A stretch of 64,000 nucleotides of DNA from Macrostomum lignano (Eukaryota): NCBI GenBank assembly GCA_002269645.1, contig NIVC01001833.1:168578-232577 (forward strand). The letters run 5' to 3'. The notes below the pieces were generated by a model. The model saw nothing but the letters and a program-made list of their open reading frames with translations. It did not search any database and was not told the origin of the DNA. The translations under genes and the position numbers were made by a program. Positions 12,890-25,590 of this stretch are shown one piece after another (position 1 is the stretch's first letter; every line of letters starts with the position of its first letter).

Positions 12890-15160
12890 TGAGAGGGAGA
12901 GATGGGAGAGGGAGAGATGGGAGAGGTGAGAGAGGGAGAGATGAGAGAGGAAGAGGGGAGAGAGGGAGAGGTGAGAGAGGGAGAGATGAGAGAGGGAGAG
13001 ATGGGAGAGGGAGAGGTGAGAGAGGGAGAGATGAGAGAGGGAGAGGTGAGAGAGGGAGAGGTGAGAGAGGGAGAGATGAGAGATGAGAGAGGGAGAGATG
13101 GGAGAGGAAGAGATGGGAGAGGAAGAGATGGGAGAGGAAGAGATAGGAGAGGGAGAGATGGGAGAGGAAGAGATGGGAGAGGGAGAGATGAGAGATGAGA
13201 GAGGGAGACATGGGAGAGGAAGAGATGGGAGAGGGAGAGATGGGAGAGGAAGAGATGGGAGAGGGAGAGATGAGAGATGAGAGAGGAAGAGATGGGAGAG
13301 AAAGAGATAGGAGAGGGAGAGATGGGAGAGGAAGGATGGGAGAGGGAGAGATGAGAGATGAGAGAGGGAGAGATGGGAGAGAAAGAGATAGGAGAGGGAG
13401 AGATGGGAGAGGAAGGATGGGAGAGGGAGAGATGAGAGATGAGAGAGGAAGAGATGGGAGAGAAAGAGATAGGAGAGGGAGAGATGGGAGAGGAAGGATG
13501 GGAGAGGGAGAGATGAGAGATGAGAGAGGGAGAGATGGGAGGGGAAGAGATGGGAGAGGAAGAGATGGGAGAGGGAGAGATGGGAGAGGAAGAGATAGGA
13601 GAGGGAGAGATGGGAGAGGAAGAGATGGAAGAGGGAGAGATGAGAGATAAGAGAGGGAGAGATGAGAGAGGAAGAGATGGGAGAGGAAGAGATGGGAGAG
13701 GAAGAGATAGGAGAGGGAGAGATGGGAGAGGAAGAGATGGGAGAGGGAGAGATGAGAGATGAGAGAGGGAGACATGGGAGAGGAAGAGATGGGAGAGGGA
13801 GAGATGGGAGAGGAAGAGATGGGAGAGGAAGAGATGGGAGAGGGAGAGATGAGAGATGAGAGAGGAAGAGATGGGAGAGAAAGAGATAGGAGAGGGAGAG
13901 ATGGGAGAGGAAGGATGGGAGAGGGAGAGATGAGAGATGAGAGAGGAAGAGATGGGAGGGGAAGAGATGGGAGAGGAAGAGATGGGAGAGGAAGAGATGG
14001 GAGAGGAAGAGATAGGAGAGGGAGAGATGGGAGAGGAAGAGATGGAAGAGGGAGAGATGAGAGATAAGAGAGGGAGAGATGGGAGAGGAAGAGATGGGAG
14101 AGGAAGAGATGGGAGAGGGAGAGATGAGAGATGAGAGAGGAAGAGATGGGAGAGGAAGAGATAGGAGAGGGAGAGATGGGAGAGGAAGAGATGGGAGAGG
14201 GAGAGATGAGAGATGAGAGAGGGAGAGATGGGAGAGGGAGAGGTGGGAAAGATGAGAGAGGGAGAGATAAGAGAGGGAGAGATGGAGAGAGGGAGAGGTG
14301 AGAGAGGGAGAGGTGAGAGAGGGAGAGATGAGAGATGAGAGAGGGAGAGATGGGAGAGGAAGAGATAGGAGAGGAAGAGATGGGAGAGGAAGAGATGGGA
14401 GAGGAAGAGATGGGAGAGGAAGAGATAGGAGAGGGAGAGATGGGAGAGGGAGAGATGAGAGATGAGAGAGGGAGACATGGGAGAGGAAGAGATGGGAGAG
14501 GAAGAGATGAGAGAGGAAGAGATGGGAGAGGGAGAGATGAGAGATGAGAGAGGGAGAGATGGGAGGGGAAGAGATGGGAGAGGAAGAGATGGGAGAGGGA
14601 GAGATGGGAGAGGAAGAGATAGGAGAGGGAGAGATGGGAGAGGAAGAGATAGGAGAGGGAGAGATGGGAGAGGAAGAGATGGAAGAGGGAGAGATGAGAG
14701 ATAAGAGAGGGAGAGATGAGAGAGGAAGAGATAGGAGAGGAAGAGATAGGAGAGGAAGAGATGGGAGAGGGAGAGATGGGAGAGGAAGAGATGGGAGAGG
14801 GAGAGATGAGAGATGAGAGAGGGAGAGATGGGAGAGGAAGAGATGGGAGAGGAAGAGATGGGAGAGGAAGAGATGGGAGAGGAAGAGATGAGAGATGAGA
14901 GAGGGAGAGATGGGAGAGGAAGAGATGGGAGAGGAAGAGATGGGAGAGGAAGAGATAGGAAAGGAAGAGATGGGAGAGGAAGAGATGGGAGAGGGAGAGA
15001 TGAGAGATGGGAGAGGGAGAGATGGGAGAGGGAGACGTGGGAAAGATGAGAGAGGGAGAGATAAGAGAGGGAGAGATGGAGAGAGGGAGAGATAAGAGAG
15101 GGAGAGATGGAGAGAGGGAGAGATGGGAGAGTCGGGAGAAGGGGAGAGGGGAGAGGCAGA
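12890..15160. repeat. Polypurine GA-rich satellite (about 15-bp GGAGAGGAAGAGATG / GGAGAGGGAGAGATG units)
   Basis: Almost exclusively A/G on the + strand over 2.3 kb. All long ORFs here are low-complexity artefacts. Confidence 0.97.
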
Positions 15161-15804
15161 GAGTGGATATCAAAAGAAGTATAATGTATAACCTATAATC
15201 AAATTTACGTAGCAGGCAAGTGAAGGAATGTATAATCTGAGACGGATATTATTGCAATAAAATTAAGAAAAGGCCTTCTTTGAATATAAATATTTGTTTT
15301 GAAATTTATTAACATACGAGTACCAATTTCCTAGTGGTATTGCATTTGCATTCGCACACACTTTAGTTTGGAGTTGACATTGACTAGTCTACAGGGAATG
15401 GAGGTCGGAGGCTGAATGGAGATGATGGAGACAGACTCACTCACTGTCACTAGCTGTAAACTTACATGTAAAATGTAATGTATACAAGTGTCATCTTTTA
15501 CTCTTTCTCTTCTTTTGCTTGTTAGAAATTGTCTTCGTGCACCTTAAATGCAGGTCTCTTTTGAGTAGACACACACAGCGGTTAACAAATCTTTTAAACC
15601 TGACCTCAAACCCTCCAAGACCCAGTACAGAGTCCACAGACAAGACTGGGTCGGAGAAGAGAGAAGAGAACAGACCGAAGTAGACAGATAAGATTTAACC
15701 TAAAGAGTAAAAATAGAAATGAATATATGTACGATTCTGCACGCTTAATGTTTGTAGTAACGTTGCAAATGCGTACCTGTGTGTGTGTGTGTGTCACTGA
15801 CCTA

Positions 15805-16662
15805 GTGTGTGAACCTCTCCTTCCTCAGTGCGAATCTCTCCTTCCTCAGTGTGAACCTCTCCTTCCTCAGCATGAATCTCTTCTTCCTCAGTGTGAACCT
15901 CTCTTTCCTTAGTGTGAATCTCTCCTTCCTCAGCATGAATATCTCCTTCCTCAGTGTGAACCTCTCCTTCCTCAGTGTGAATCTCTCCTTCCTTAGTGTG
16001 AACCTCTCCTTCCTCAGTGTGAACCTCTCCTTCCTCAGCATGAATATCTCCTTCCTCAGTGTGAACCTCTCTTTCCTCAGTGTGAATCTCTCCTTCCTCA
16101 GTGTGAATCTCTCCTTCCTCAGCATGAATCTCTTCTTCCTCAGTGTGAACCTCTCTTTCCTTAGTGTGAATCTTTCCTTCCTCAGCATGAATATCTCCTT
16201 CCTTAGTGTGAATCTCTCCTTCCTCAGCATGAATCTCTTCTTCCTCAGTGTGAATCTCTCCTTCCTTAGTGTGAATCTCTCCTTCCTTAGTGTGAATCCC
16301 TCCTTCCTCAGTGTGAATCTCTCCTTCCTCAGCATTAATATCTCCTTCCTTAGTGTGAATCTCTCCTTCCTTAGTGTGAATCTCTCCTTCCTTAGTGTGA
16401 ATCTCTCCTTCCTCAGCATGAATCTCTTCTTCCTCAGTGTGAACCTCTCCTTCCTTAGTGTGAATCTCTCCTTCCTTAGTGTGAATCTCTCCTTCCTCAG
16501 CATGAATATCTCCTTCCTTAGTGTGAATCTCTCCTTCCTTAGTGTGAATCTCTCCTTCCTCAGCATTAATATCTCCTTCCTCAGTGTGAATCTCTCCTTC
16601 CTCAGTGTGAATCTCTCCTTCCTCAGCATGAATCTCTCCTTCCTTAGTGTGAACCTCTCCCC
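15805..16662. repeat. 21-bp minisatellite (CTTCCTCAGTGTGAATCTCTC)
   Basis: About 40 units with periodic AGCATGAAT variants. Unit length divisible by 3 explains the open frames. Confidence 0.95.
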
Positions 16663-17473
16663 AATATAAATCGCTTGTAAAGAAATGTAAATCTATTCCT
16701 CAGTGTGAATCTCCTTCTTCAGTCATCATGTTGGTCGGGCTTCTTGTCCTTTCTCTCTTCTTCCAGTACAGCTGGGCCTGGGATATCAGTTAGCATAACT
16801 AGCAAAGTCCCACTCCCACCGCAAGACAAAGCCTATTGCCCTGCACTTTCTAACCCATGGTAAAGGTCCCCCCTCTTCCTTGAGCGTGACTCATAAGGGT
16901 ATAAAAGCTGGAAAACGGACCCGACCGCAGACTAAAAGTAAACCCTTGGTCTGGAATGGGATGATGGGAGGGGTACTTCTCTGGGAGGGGATCCCGAGTG
17001 TGGAGATAAAGATTTGTACGGGACAAGGACGGCTTTCGTGGCAAATCGGGAATCCAGACCGTCTGTGTCCATGACCTTGAACTGGAATTTACGGCGGAGG
17101 GGGTTGCTTGCGGCAGACGTGCGTGGAAGGTCTAAGGATCGCTTCGCACTGTTGGGTGTGTAAAATCGGCAATTGTGACTCACTTTGACTCACTGACCTT
17201 GATAATTCTTTTCGCCACCAGCTATTGAACTATTGTTAGTTGAAATTACTACTTGAAACGGATAAGTGAGTAGTAGGTCGATATGTAAGGCTAAATAAAA
17301 TCACAATTTGTTTCAACAAAATAGAAAGAACTTGGATTTTTCTATGTATTCTACTTACATGCGAAACAAGAGTAGTGCGTTAAAGAAAGACGCTGTTTTT
17401 TATCTAAATCACCGAGAGTCTTGGAGTCCCACTTTAGTAATAACTCTAATTGATTCAAGTCGATTCACTATGC

Positions 17474-17687
17474 TCTCCTCTCCTCACCTCACCTCACCTC
17501 TCCTCTCCTCTCCTCTCCTCTCCTCTCCTCTCCTCTCCTCTCCTCTCCTCTCCTCTCCTCTCCTCTCCTCTCCTCTCCTCCTCTCCTCTCCTCTCCTCTC
17601 CTCTCCTCTCCTCTCCTCTCCTCTCCTCTCCTCTCCTCTCCTCTCCTCTCCTCTCCTCTCCTCTCCTCTCCTCTCCTCTCCTCCTCT
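17474..17687. repeat. (CCTCT)n microsatellite
   Basis: Directly visible. Confidence 0.97.
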
Positions 17688-18502
17688 CGCGGGTTGCTTT
17701 CATAAACGCAAAACTTTGCAACCGCTAATTTTTTTGCAGTCATTTTCACAACCGCTAAAAAGACTGCCGTATATGAAAGTAAGTGCAAAAATTTTAGCGG
17801 TTGTGAAATTTCGCGTTTGTGAAACCAACCCCCTCTCCCCTCCTTTCTTATTCTATTCTATCCTTTCCTCACCTCTCCTCACCTCCTCCTCACTATCTTT
17901 ACCTCTCAATTTCTCATTGCCTCTCCTCTTCTGTCCTTTCTTTCTCAGTCCCCTCTCTCCCCTCTCCTTTCTTCTACCAGAGTTTTTGCTAAAATTATGT
18001 TTCCAATTAAGATAGTGTCGTTTCTTGCAAAAATTTCTATTTCCCCCCACCTATTTGTGTTTTTTGCGCAAAAATGGACTCAATTATTTTCTTAGAAACT
18101 ATAATGTTCCTGCCGCATCTACTTACTCAGCCTCTCTTAGCTGCATCCAGAAGTTTTAATCCATGTTGTCATGACAACGTTAAAAATGGACGCTGTCTTT
18201 CATATGTCCACTAGCTTTGTTCCATAGTTCCATAGCGTGTCGCATTAAAAATTCACCTAATGACTTTTCCGTGAGAACTTAAATTGAGACTTCGATGCTA
18301 TGTGCCCGTTTGTGTCAGCTGTCCAGTCATTGACGTAAATCATTCCTCACTCTGTGTCTAATTTTAAACTAGAGAGATTTCTTGTTGGTCCAATCACGCA
18401 GACCCGCGACTGCTGCGTGTGAATATTAACAGCTACTTTCGCGGGACTCAGGACCGTCGCATCAAAAAATTTTCATGTGCAAAAATACTGGAGCATTGCA
18501 AC

Positions 18503-20991
18503 ATGAAATTTGCCTTAAGTCTGTACACCTTGGCCTTCTTGACTTCTCTGGCTTGTGGTGAGTAAACACAATGTTAGTTTTGTAAAATGATATTTAAGCT
18601 TACGTGCTACACGGGTCTCTCCTGACATCTTCACTGCGTGTGTCCTCTGACACCCCACTGTCTCTCCTGACATCTTCACTGCGTGTGTCCTCTGACACCC
18701 CACTGTCTCTCCTGACATCTTTACTGCGTATGTCCTCTGACACCCCACTGTCTCTCCTGACATCTTCACTGCGTGTGTCCTCTGACACCCCACTGTCTCT
18801 CCTGACATCTTCACTGCGTGTGTCCTCTGACACCCCACTGACTCTCCTGACATCTTCACTGACCCCGTCGCTAGCCAGTGGGACACCAGCTAACTCTATC
18901 AAAGTCTTCTTCTTCTACCAGAAGTACAGCTTGCACTTTTGAATCCTGTCACGCAACTCCCATCTGATCTCCCCAACTTGCTCGCAGCCGACGTGCCGCC
19001 ATTCGAGCTCACTGAGGCCCCGGTCCAGCTCAACGCCTCCTCGAGCAGCGAGCTTTTCAACTCCACCGGCTTGCGCTCCGACTCCGAGTGCCTCGCCGTC
19101 TGTCGGTCACGTGACTGTCTGGCAACCGCCTTCGTTCCATCGACCGGCTTCTGTCAGCAGCTGTTGGTGCACCACGATTCTCTGGGCCAGCAGCCTCAGG
19201 AGACTCGCGTGGACAGGCGACTGGGAGCCGAGCTGGGCGACTCCGGCATGCGCGTGTGGCGGCGAGAGGACTTCGACAGCCAGGTTGGGCAACGCCGCAT
19301 CGGAGCACCTACGACGACAACTCCGACGACTACTCCAACGACAACTCCAACGACAACTCCGACGACAACTCCAACGACAACTCCGACGACAACTCCGACG
19401 ACAACTCCGACGACAACTCCGATGACAACTCCGACGACTACTCCGACGACTACTCCGACGACTACTCCGACGACTACTCCGACGACAACTCCGACGACAA
19501 CTCCGATGACAACTCCGACGACTACTCCGACGACTACTCCGACGACTACTCCGACGACTAATCCGATGACAACTCCGACGACATCTCCGACGACTACTCC
19601 AACGACAACTCCAACGACAACTCCGACGACAACTCCGACGACAACTCCGACGACAAATCCGACGACTACTCCGACGACTACTCCGACGACTACTCCGACG
19701 ACTACTCCGACGACTACTCCGACGACAACTCCGACGACTACTCCAACGACAACTCCAACGACAACTCCGACGACAACTCCGACGACAACTCCGACGACAA
19801 CTCCGATGACAACTCCGACGACTACTCCGACGACTACTCCGACGACAACTCCGACGACTACTCCGACGACAACTCCGACGACAACTCCGACGACAACTCC
19901 GACTACAACTGCCCCTCCAGTCAGCTACACTATTCAATTTCAAAGTAAGCACTTCCTTTTAGCATGTACGCGTTAGCCAATGAGGCACTCAGAAAAAACA
20001 AAAAGTGCAGTTATGATCGTGTTATATTTTACAGATACAAACACCGGACCTTCCGGCTCGGTGCAGCAGCTGTCAATCAACGCCACCGGCTGCTACCTCA
20101 TCGAGGCCTCCGGAGCCTGGGGCGGCAACAGCACCAGCAGCGGCAAGCTGGGGGGCAAAGGCGCCTTGGCCAAGGGCAACTTCAGCCTGACTCTGGACAC
20201 AACTCTGAGCATCCTTGTTGGCCAGGCGGGTGCAGAGCCCAATGACCACTACGGCGGTGCTGGCGGTGGCGGCGGCAGCTTCGTGTTCATCAACAGCAGT
20301 CCGAAGCAGCTCCTGGTAGCTGCTGGCGGCGGCGGCGGAGCGACGCGGTATTTTGACGGTGAGCTGTGACAGGTTACCTTCTGCTGGATGCTGGGATCCA
20401 CCGAGAGTGATGCTACATGTTTTCTGTTGCATTCCAGGACGCCCCGGCCAGTCCGGCGTGAACGGGACCGACGCAACCCAATCGAGTTCCGGCAAGCCGA
20501 GCTTCGATCACGGCGGTGCCAACGGCGCTGCCGGCTACAATTCTCCCCAGGAAGTGGACAGCAAGGCTACTCACGGCGGCTGCGGCTCGGGCTGGAATGG
20601 CAAGGCTGACAATGTCAGACGAGGCAACAATGACGGAGAACGAGGCGGCTGGCTATTCGACAGCAGCGGAGGTGGTGGCGGAGCTGGCGGCACCTATAAC
20701 GGAGGCGGAAGTGGCGCGGGCACCGGAGGCTTCGGCGGAGGCGGCGGCGGTGGCTGCGGTGGCAGTGGCAGCACGTGCGACAGCGCCTGCTCCGGCCCGT
20801 GCAAATCCTCTGGCGGAGGCGGCGGCGGCTACAGCGGCGGCGGCGCCGGAGTCAACGAAGGTCAAGCTGGTGGCGGCGGCGGCTCCTACTGCTCCGGTGT
20901 CGGCTGCTCCAGCGTCACAGGCGGCTCGGTGAACTCGGCGAATCCGCACGGTCTGGTGACGGTGACCGGGCCTGGCGGCGGCACCTGCTGA
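18503..20991 (+). CDS. Secreted PAN/apple-like + PTTT mucin stalk + ALK/LTK-type glycine-rich domain protein, paralog A (651 aa)
   Basis: join(18503..18557,18922..19944,20035..20358,20438..20991); all introns GT-AG, phase 1; 1956 nt in frame. Signal peptide MKFALSLYTLAFLTSLAC. 4-Cys ECLAVCRSRDCLATAFVPSTGFCQQL resembles PAN/apple. About 50 PTTT repeats. YLIEASGAWGG...GGKGALAKGNFSL...ILVGQAG...GGGGGSFV...LVAAGGGGGA matches the ALK/LTK glycine-rich region pattern. Model supported by the paralog's identical exon phases. Confidence 0.85.
18615..18862. repeat. 45-bp minisatellite in intron 1 of paralog A
   Basis: GTCTCTCCTGACATCTTCACTGCGTGTGTCCTCTGACACCCCACT, about 5 copies. Inverted homolog at 30560-31800. 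Confidence 0.9.
19308..19910 (+). repeat. 12-bp coding minisatellite (CCGACGACAACT) encoding the PTTT mucin-like stalk
   Basis: In frame within exon 2 of paralog A; absent from paralog B. Confidence 0.9.
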
Positions 20992-21104
20992 GCTGATGCT
21001 GGACACTCGGGATCGACGGAAAATAACGGAGTTGAAATGAAACTCCAAGGACCCACTTTCAAGATAATAGCTGGGAGATTTCCGTGTCTGCCATTAATAT
21101 CTTC

Positions 21105-21450
21105 TTAGCTACAGAGGGGGCGCCAGCTACAGAGGGGGCGCCAGCTACAGAGGGGGCGCCAGCTACAGAGGGGGCGCCAGCTACAGAGGGGGCGCCAGCT
21201 ACAGAGGGGGCGCCAGCTACAGAGGGGGCGCCAGCTACAGAGGGGCGCTAGCTACAGAGGGGTGCCAGCTACAGAGGGGTGCCAGCTACAGAGAGGGCAC
21301 CAGCTACAGAGGGGTGCCAGCTACAGAGGGGGTGCCAGCTACAGAGGGGGTGCCAGCTACAGAGGGGGTGCCAGCTACAGAGGGGGTGCCAGCTACAGAG
21401 GGGTGCCAGCTACAGAGGGGGTGCCAGCTACAGAGGGGGTGCCAGCTACA
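21105..21450. repeat. 18-bp minisatellite (CAGCTACAGAGGGGGCGC) downstream of paralog A
   Basis: Visible; inverted homolog at 27700-28172. Confidence 0.93.
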
Positions 21451-21914
21451 GAAACTGAGACAGGCCGGGTTCACCTGTGTGCTGTTGAGTTGTCTTTACA
21501 AATTAAGCAAAGCTTCTGTCAGTGGGCCATTGATGTCAATAATATTCGAATGCAATATTTATACTTTAACCCGAATCAGCTCTTTTCAATAGCAAAATGC
21601 TATTTTACATGTATTTTTGTTTAACCTTCAAGTCAATATCAAGATATTCGATATTTATTATTACTCTAAAAAGTTAATAACGAATCCCCTATTCATTTTT
21701 TTCAAAAGTTTTTAAACTACCTTGCTTATATGCTTCTATTAAAACCAACCCTTTAAAATCTATTTCTGATTAATTATAGCTCATATTTTTTCTGTCTCTG
21801 GGCTGTCTCTAAAAAAGAATTTAATTGAATACACTGAATAATTTAACCCAAAAAATTCTGCTTTTTCAGTGCCATGGTGACTTGTTTTTTAAATAGGTGG
21901 CCCTGAGTCCTCTA

Positions 21915-22420
21915 AGTGAGTCCCTAGATCCTTCAGTGAGTCTCTAGATCCCTTATCGAGTCCCTAGATCCCTCACTGAGTCCCTAGATCCCTCACTGAG
22001 TCCCTAGATCCCTCACTGAGTCCCTAGATCCCTCACTGAGTCTTTAGATCCCTCACTGAGTCCTTAGATCCCTTACTGAGTCTCTAGATCCCTCACTGAG
22101 TCTTTAGATCCCTCACTGATCTTTTAGATCCTTCACTGAGTCCCTAGATCCCTCACTGAGTCCCTAGATCTCTCCCTGAGTCCCTAGATCTCTCACTGAG
22201 TCCCTAGATCCCTTACTGATCTTCTAGATCCCTCAGTTAGTAACTAGATCCCTCAGTGAGTAACTAGATCCCTCACTGATGTTCTAGATCCCTCAGAGAT
22301 TAACTAGATCCCTCACTGATCTCTAGATCCCTCACTGAGTCCCTAGATCTCTCACTAAGTCCCTAGATCCTCCTCACTGAGTCTCTAGATCCCTCACCGA
22401 GTCCCTAGATCCCACTGAAC
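21915..22420. repeat. 20-bp minisatellite (GAGTCCCTAGATCCCTCACT), inner end of left arm
   Basis: Visible; inverted homolog at 26925-27240. Confidence 0.9.
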
Positions 22421-22754
22421 CCCTACATGTAGATCCTAGTTTCCTCGACAACCTCATTCACGTGACTAACCTGTAGCCCAACAAAGGCAGGCCCACGGGA
22501 AAATGTGATGCTCATAAATTCACAGCAGGTTGAATTCTGGGCCTTCCCAAAAACTCTTTTTTAAATCCTTCTGGCAAGAAATATTTAGCACAGTCAAAGG
22601 CTGGTTACTAAGCAATTAAAACTCAGAGAAAAACTGAAACAAAGAAGATTTTAACTTGCCTGTTCTATTCAAAGTCTTCTCTTTATCTCTTTTGTCTGAC
22701 AGCTGTTGTTAAAATAAAGGCAGATATAGCTTACTGACTGGGAGAGTATAATGA

Positions 22755-23310
22755 GTAGAGTAGAGCCGAGTAGGTTAGATAAGAGTAGAGTAGAGTGGAG
22801 TAGAGTGGAGCAGAGTAGAGTAGAGTAGAGTGGAGTAAAGTGGAGTGGAGTGGAGTAGAGTGGAGTAGAGTGGAGTAGAGTGGAGTAGAGTGGAGTAGAG
22901 TGGAGTAGAGTGGAGTAGAGTGGAGTAGAGTGGAGTGGAGTGGAGTGGAGTAGAGTAGAGTGGAGTGGAGTGGAGTGGAGTGGAGTGGAGTGGAGTGGAG
23001 TGGAGTGGAGTGGAGTGGAGTAGAGTGGAGTGGAGTGGAGTAGAGTGGAGTAGAGTAGAGTGGAGTGGAGTGGAGTGGAGTGGAGTGGAGTGGAGTGGAG
23101 TGGAGTGGAGTAGAGTAGAGTGGAGTAGAGTGGAGTAGAGTGGAGCAGAGTAGAGTAGAGTAGAGTGGAGTAGAGTGGAGTAGAGTGGAGTAGAGTGGAG
23201 TAGAGTGGAGTGGAGTAGAGTGGAGTGGAGTAGAGTAGAGTGGAGTGGAGTTGAGTGGAGTGGAGTGGAGGAGAGTGGAGTACAGTAGAGTATCGCAAAG
23301 TAGAGTAGAG
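22755..23310. repeat. (AGTGG/AGTAG)n pentanucleotide microsatellite
   Basis: Directly visible. Confidence 0.95.
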
Positions 23311-23744
23311 TAAGATAAAGTAGGGTGCACTGGAATAGAGCAGAGTCGATGCAGTTAGAGTGGAATATTAGCAAAGCAGCAGCTCACTCATACTGTTTGA
23401 AGGCAGACATGCCAGCAAATTCTGCATTGCCCAACCTGCATTTGAGCCATGTTCGCAAACAGCTCCAGCTTAATTCCTAACTGTCCTTTTCTTAATCCCC
23501 CCTGGTTCAGCACTTATTATTCTTGAAGTGAACAAACCCTGTCTCTCTCTACACGCAAGAGAACTACCCCCCCCCCCCAGCCAGAGCTGGTCTCAACTTT
23601 GAAAATTTAATTAAACCTCAGCAGATGGAAGAGAGCAGTGGCGCATAGGAGAAAAGCAGGGAGCAAACAGAGCTAATTGTTAGCACAGAGGTGACAGAAC
23701 GGTGCATATTTAAGTACGATATGGCTGGCAAGTTGCCGCTTTGC

Positions 23745-23752
23745 TATATAAA
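23745..23752 (+). promoter_or_regulatory. TATA box upstream of the orphan gene
   Basis: TATATAAA about 120 bp upstream of ATG 23865. Confidence 0.45.
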
Positions 23753-23864
23753 AGACTGCAAGGCTCTCTAGACCGTTTTTCTCAACTGCAAAAAACGAAT
23801 AAATCGAGGCCCATCACCCTGCCTGTCTGAGACTAGACTCAAAAAAGCCTCCAAAAGACCAGAA

Positions 23865-24989
23865 ATGGAAGACCCAGTCGTGAAACTGAGACGCTGCAAA
23901 TCTGCCCGACCAGACATGGCTCGGAGATCCCGGTAACATGATTTATTATTAATAATCTAAGATTGATTAATGAGTAGTGAGTTTATTAACTGTGTCGCAT
24001 TGCAGCACTGACAATCGCTGGGATCCCTGGGATCCGGTGGTCCAGGCTCGAATCCTGCCGCTCGGCACTAAGCACTGGAGTCAGATGAAGGCTCAGGTAT
24101 GTAGAAGAAGTAGAATGTACACTCTGTGACTTAGAGGCTGGCCCTCATGGACATGCGATGTACATACATTTGTGCGTATCAATTCGATACATATCGTCAA
24201 GTAATATAGTCAATAACGAAGTATACTTACCTGCAAATCTTGCTTATAGCACATCTTATTGAGCACATCTCACTGATAACATCTCACTGATGAGCACATC
24301 TCACTGAGCACATCTCACTGAGCACATCTCACTGAGCACATCTCACTGAGCACATCTCACTGAGCACATCTCACTGAGCACATCTCACTGAGCACATCTC
24401 ACTGAGCACATCTCACTGAGCACATCTCACTGAGCACATCTCACTGAGCACATCTCACTGAGCACATCTCACTGAGCACATCTCACTGAGCACATCTCAC
24501 TGAGCACATCTCACTGAGCACATCTCACTGAGCACATCTCATCGAGCACATCTCACTGAGCACATCTCACTGAGCACACTAATCCCCTTTATTTTCACAG
24601 GCCACCGCAAACTGCCCCTCGACATCCAAAAAAGACACTTCGGTGCAATTTGCTTTGCCAGACAACGAGAAGCAACAGAAGTCTGCTGGTGGAGGCCCTG
24701 AGGTTTGAAGAATCAGGAGCTGTCAGAATCTTCTCATTATCGAAAGAATTATAATTAGGCTCAAATTCCCACAACTCCGTTGTAGAAATTCAACAGACCA
24801 AGGACTGCTGCCGAAGCCACCACAGCCGCCGCCCTCCCAGTCGCCATGGACGGCTTGCGCATTCGCAGGTCACCGCATCCGGGCTCTCCAAGCTGGCTAG
24901 CGAAGCTCAACACTGGCTACAATCAAAGGGCCAGACAGGGCTTCGTGTACTGGTTCACCGGACGGCCGAAACCGACTCAATGTGAATAA
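23865..24989 (+). CDS. Hypothetical 154-aa protein, 4 exons, no recognised domain
   Basis: join(23865..23932,24006..24096,24601..24702,24786..24989); GT-AG introns, phases 2/0/0 consistent, 465 nt ending TAA that overlaps AATAAA. Exon 2 is open in only the frame required. MEDPVVKLRRCKSARPDMARRSRTDNRWDPWDPVVQARILPLGTKHWSQMKAQ...GFVYWFTGRPKPTQCE. Confidence 0.6.
24260..24578. repeat. 14-bp minisatellite (TCACTGAGCACATC) in intron 2 of the orphan gene
   Basis: Visible, about 20 near-perfect units. Confidence 0.93.
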
Positions 24990-25054
24990 AATGATAGCTG
25001 ATGATGGCTGCTTCGTTGTCAAGGGGTTCTGATTAGACGCATTTGGTTCCCTCT

Positions 25055-25590
25055 GTGAGATCGTTTGATGTTACCTTAATTCCTTAATTCCCCGACAAAA
25101 TCCTCTGGTATTCCTTAATTCCTCTGTGAGATCCTTTTATGTGCCTTAATTTCCTACAAGATCCTTTGACGCGTCTTAATTCCCTTACAAGACCCTTTAA
25201 TGTGCTTTAATTCCCCTACAATATTGATGTTGTCTTAATTCCCCTACAAGATCCTTTGATGTTGCCTTAATTCCCCTACCAGATCCTTTGATGTTGCCTT
25301 AATTCCCCTACAAGATCCTTTGATGCGCCTTAATTCCCCTACAAGATCCTTTGATGTTGCCTTAATTCCCCAACATTATCATTTGTTGTGTCTTAATACC
25401 CCTACTAGATCCTTTGATGCGCCTTAGTTCCCCTACAAGATCCTTTGATGTTGCCTTAATTCCCCTACCAGATCCTTTGATGTTGCCTTAATTCCCCTAC
25501 TAGATCCTTTGATGTTGCCTTAATTCCCCTACCAGATCCTTTGATGTTGCCTTAATTCACCTACAAGATCCTTTGATGTGCCTTAATTCC
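25055..25590. repeat. About 32-bp minisatellite (GATCCTTTGATGTTGCCTTAATTCCCCTACAA)
   Basis: Visible, degenerate on the left. Confidence 0.88.

Noticed and set aside
12862-15198. Long ORFs (538 and 764 aa) over the GA tract
   Set aside because: Low-complexity translation of a purine/pyrimidine repeat; no gene signals.
15802-16669. 275- and 286-aa ORFs on both strands
   Set aside because: A 21-bp unit is stop-free by chance in those frames; no flanking exon structure.
16850-17180. Structured ncRNA or retroelement fragment
   Set aside because: GC-richer unique block, but no recognisable RNA family or RT motif.
19057-20996. Antisense and alternate-frame ORFs (Cys/Arg-rich 281 aa, Ala-rich) over paralog A
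   Set aside because: Shadows of the GC-rich PTTT and glycine-coding frame.
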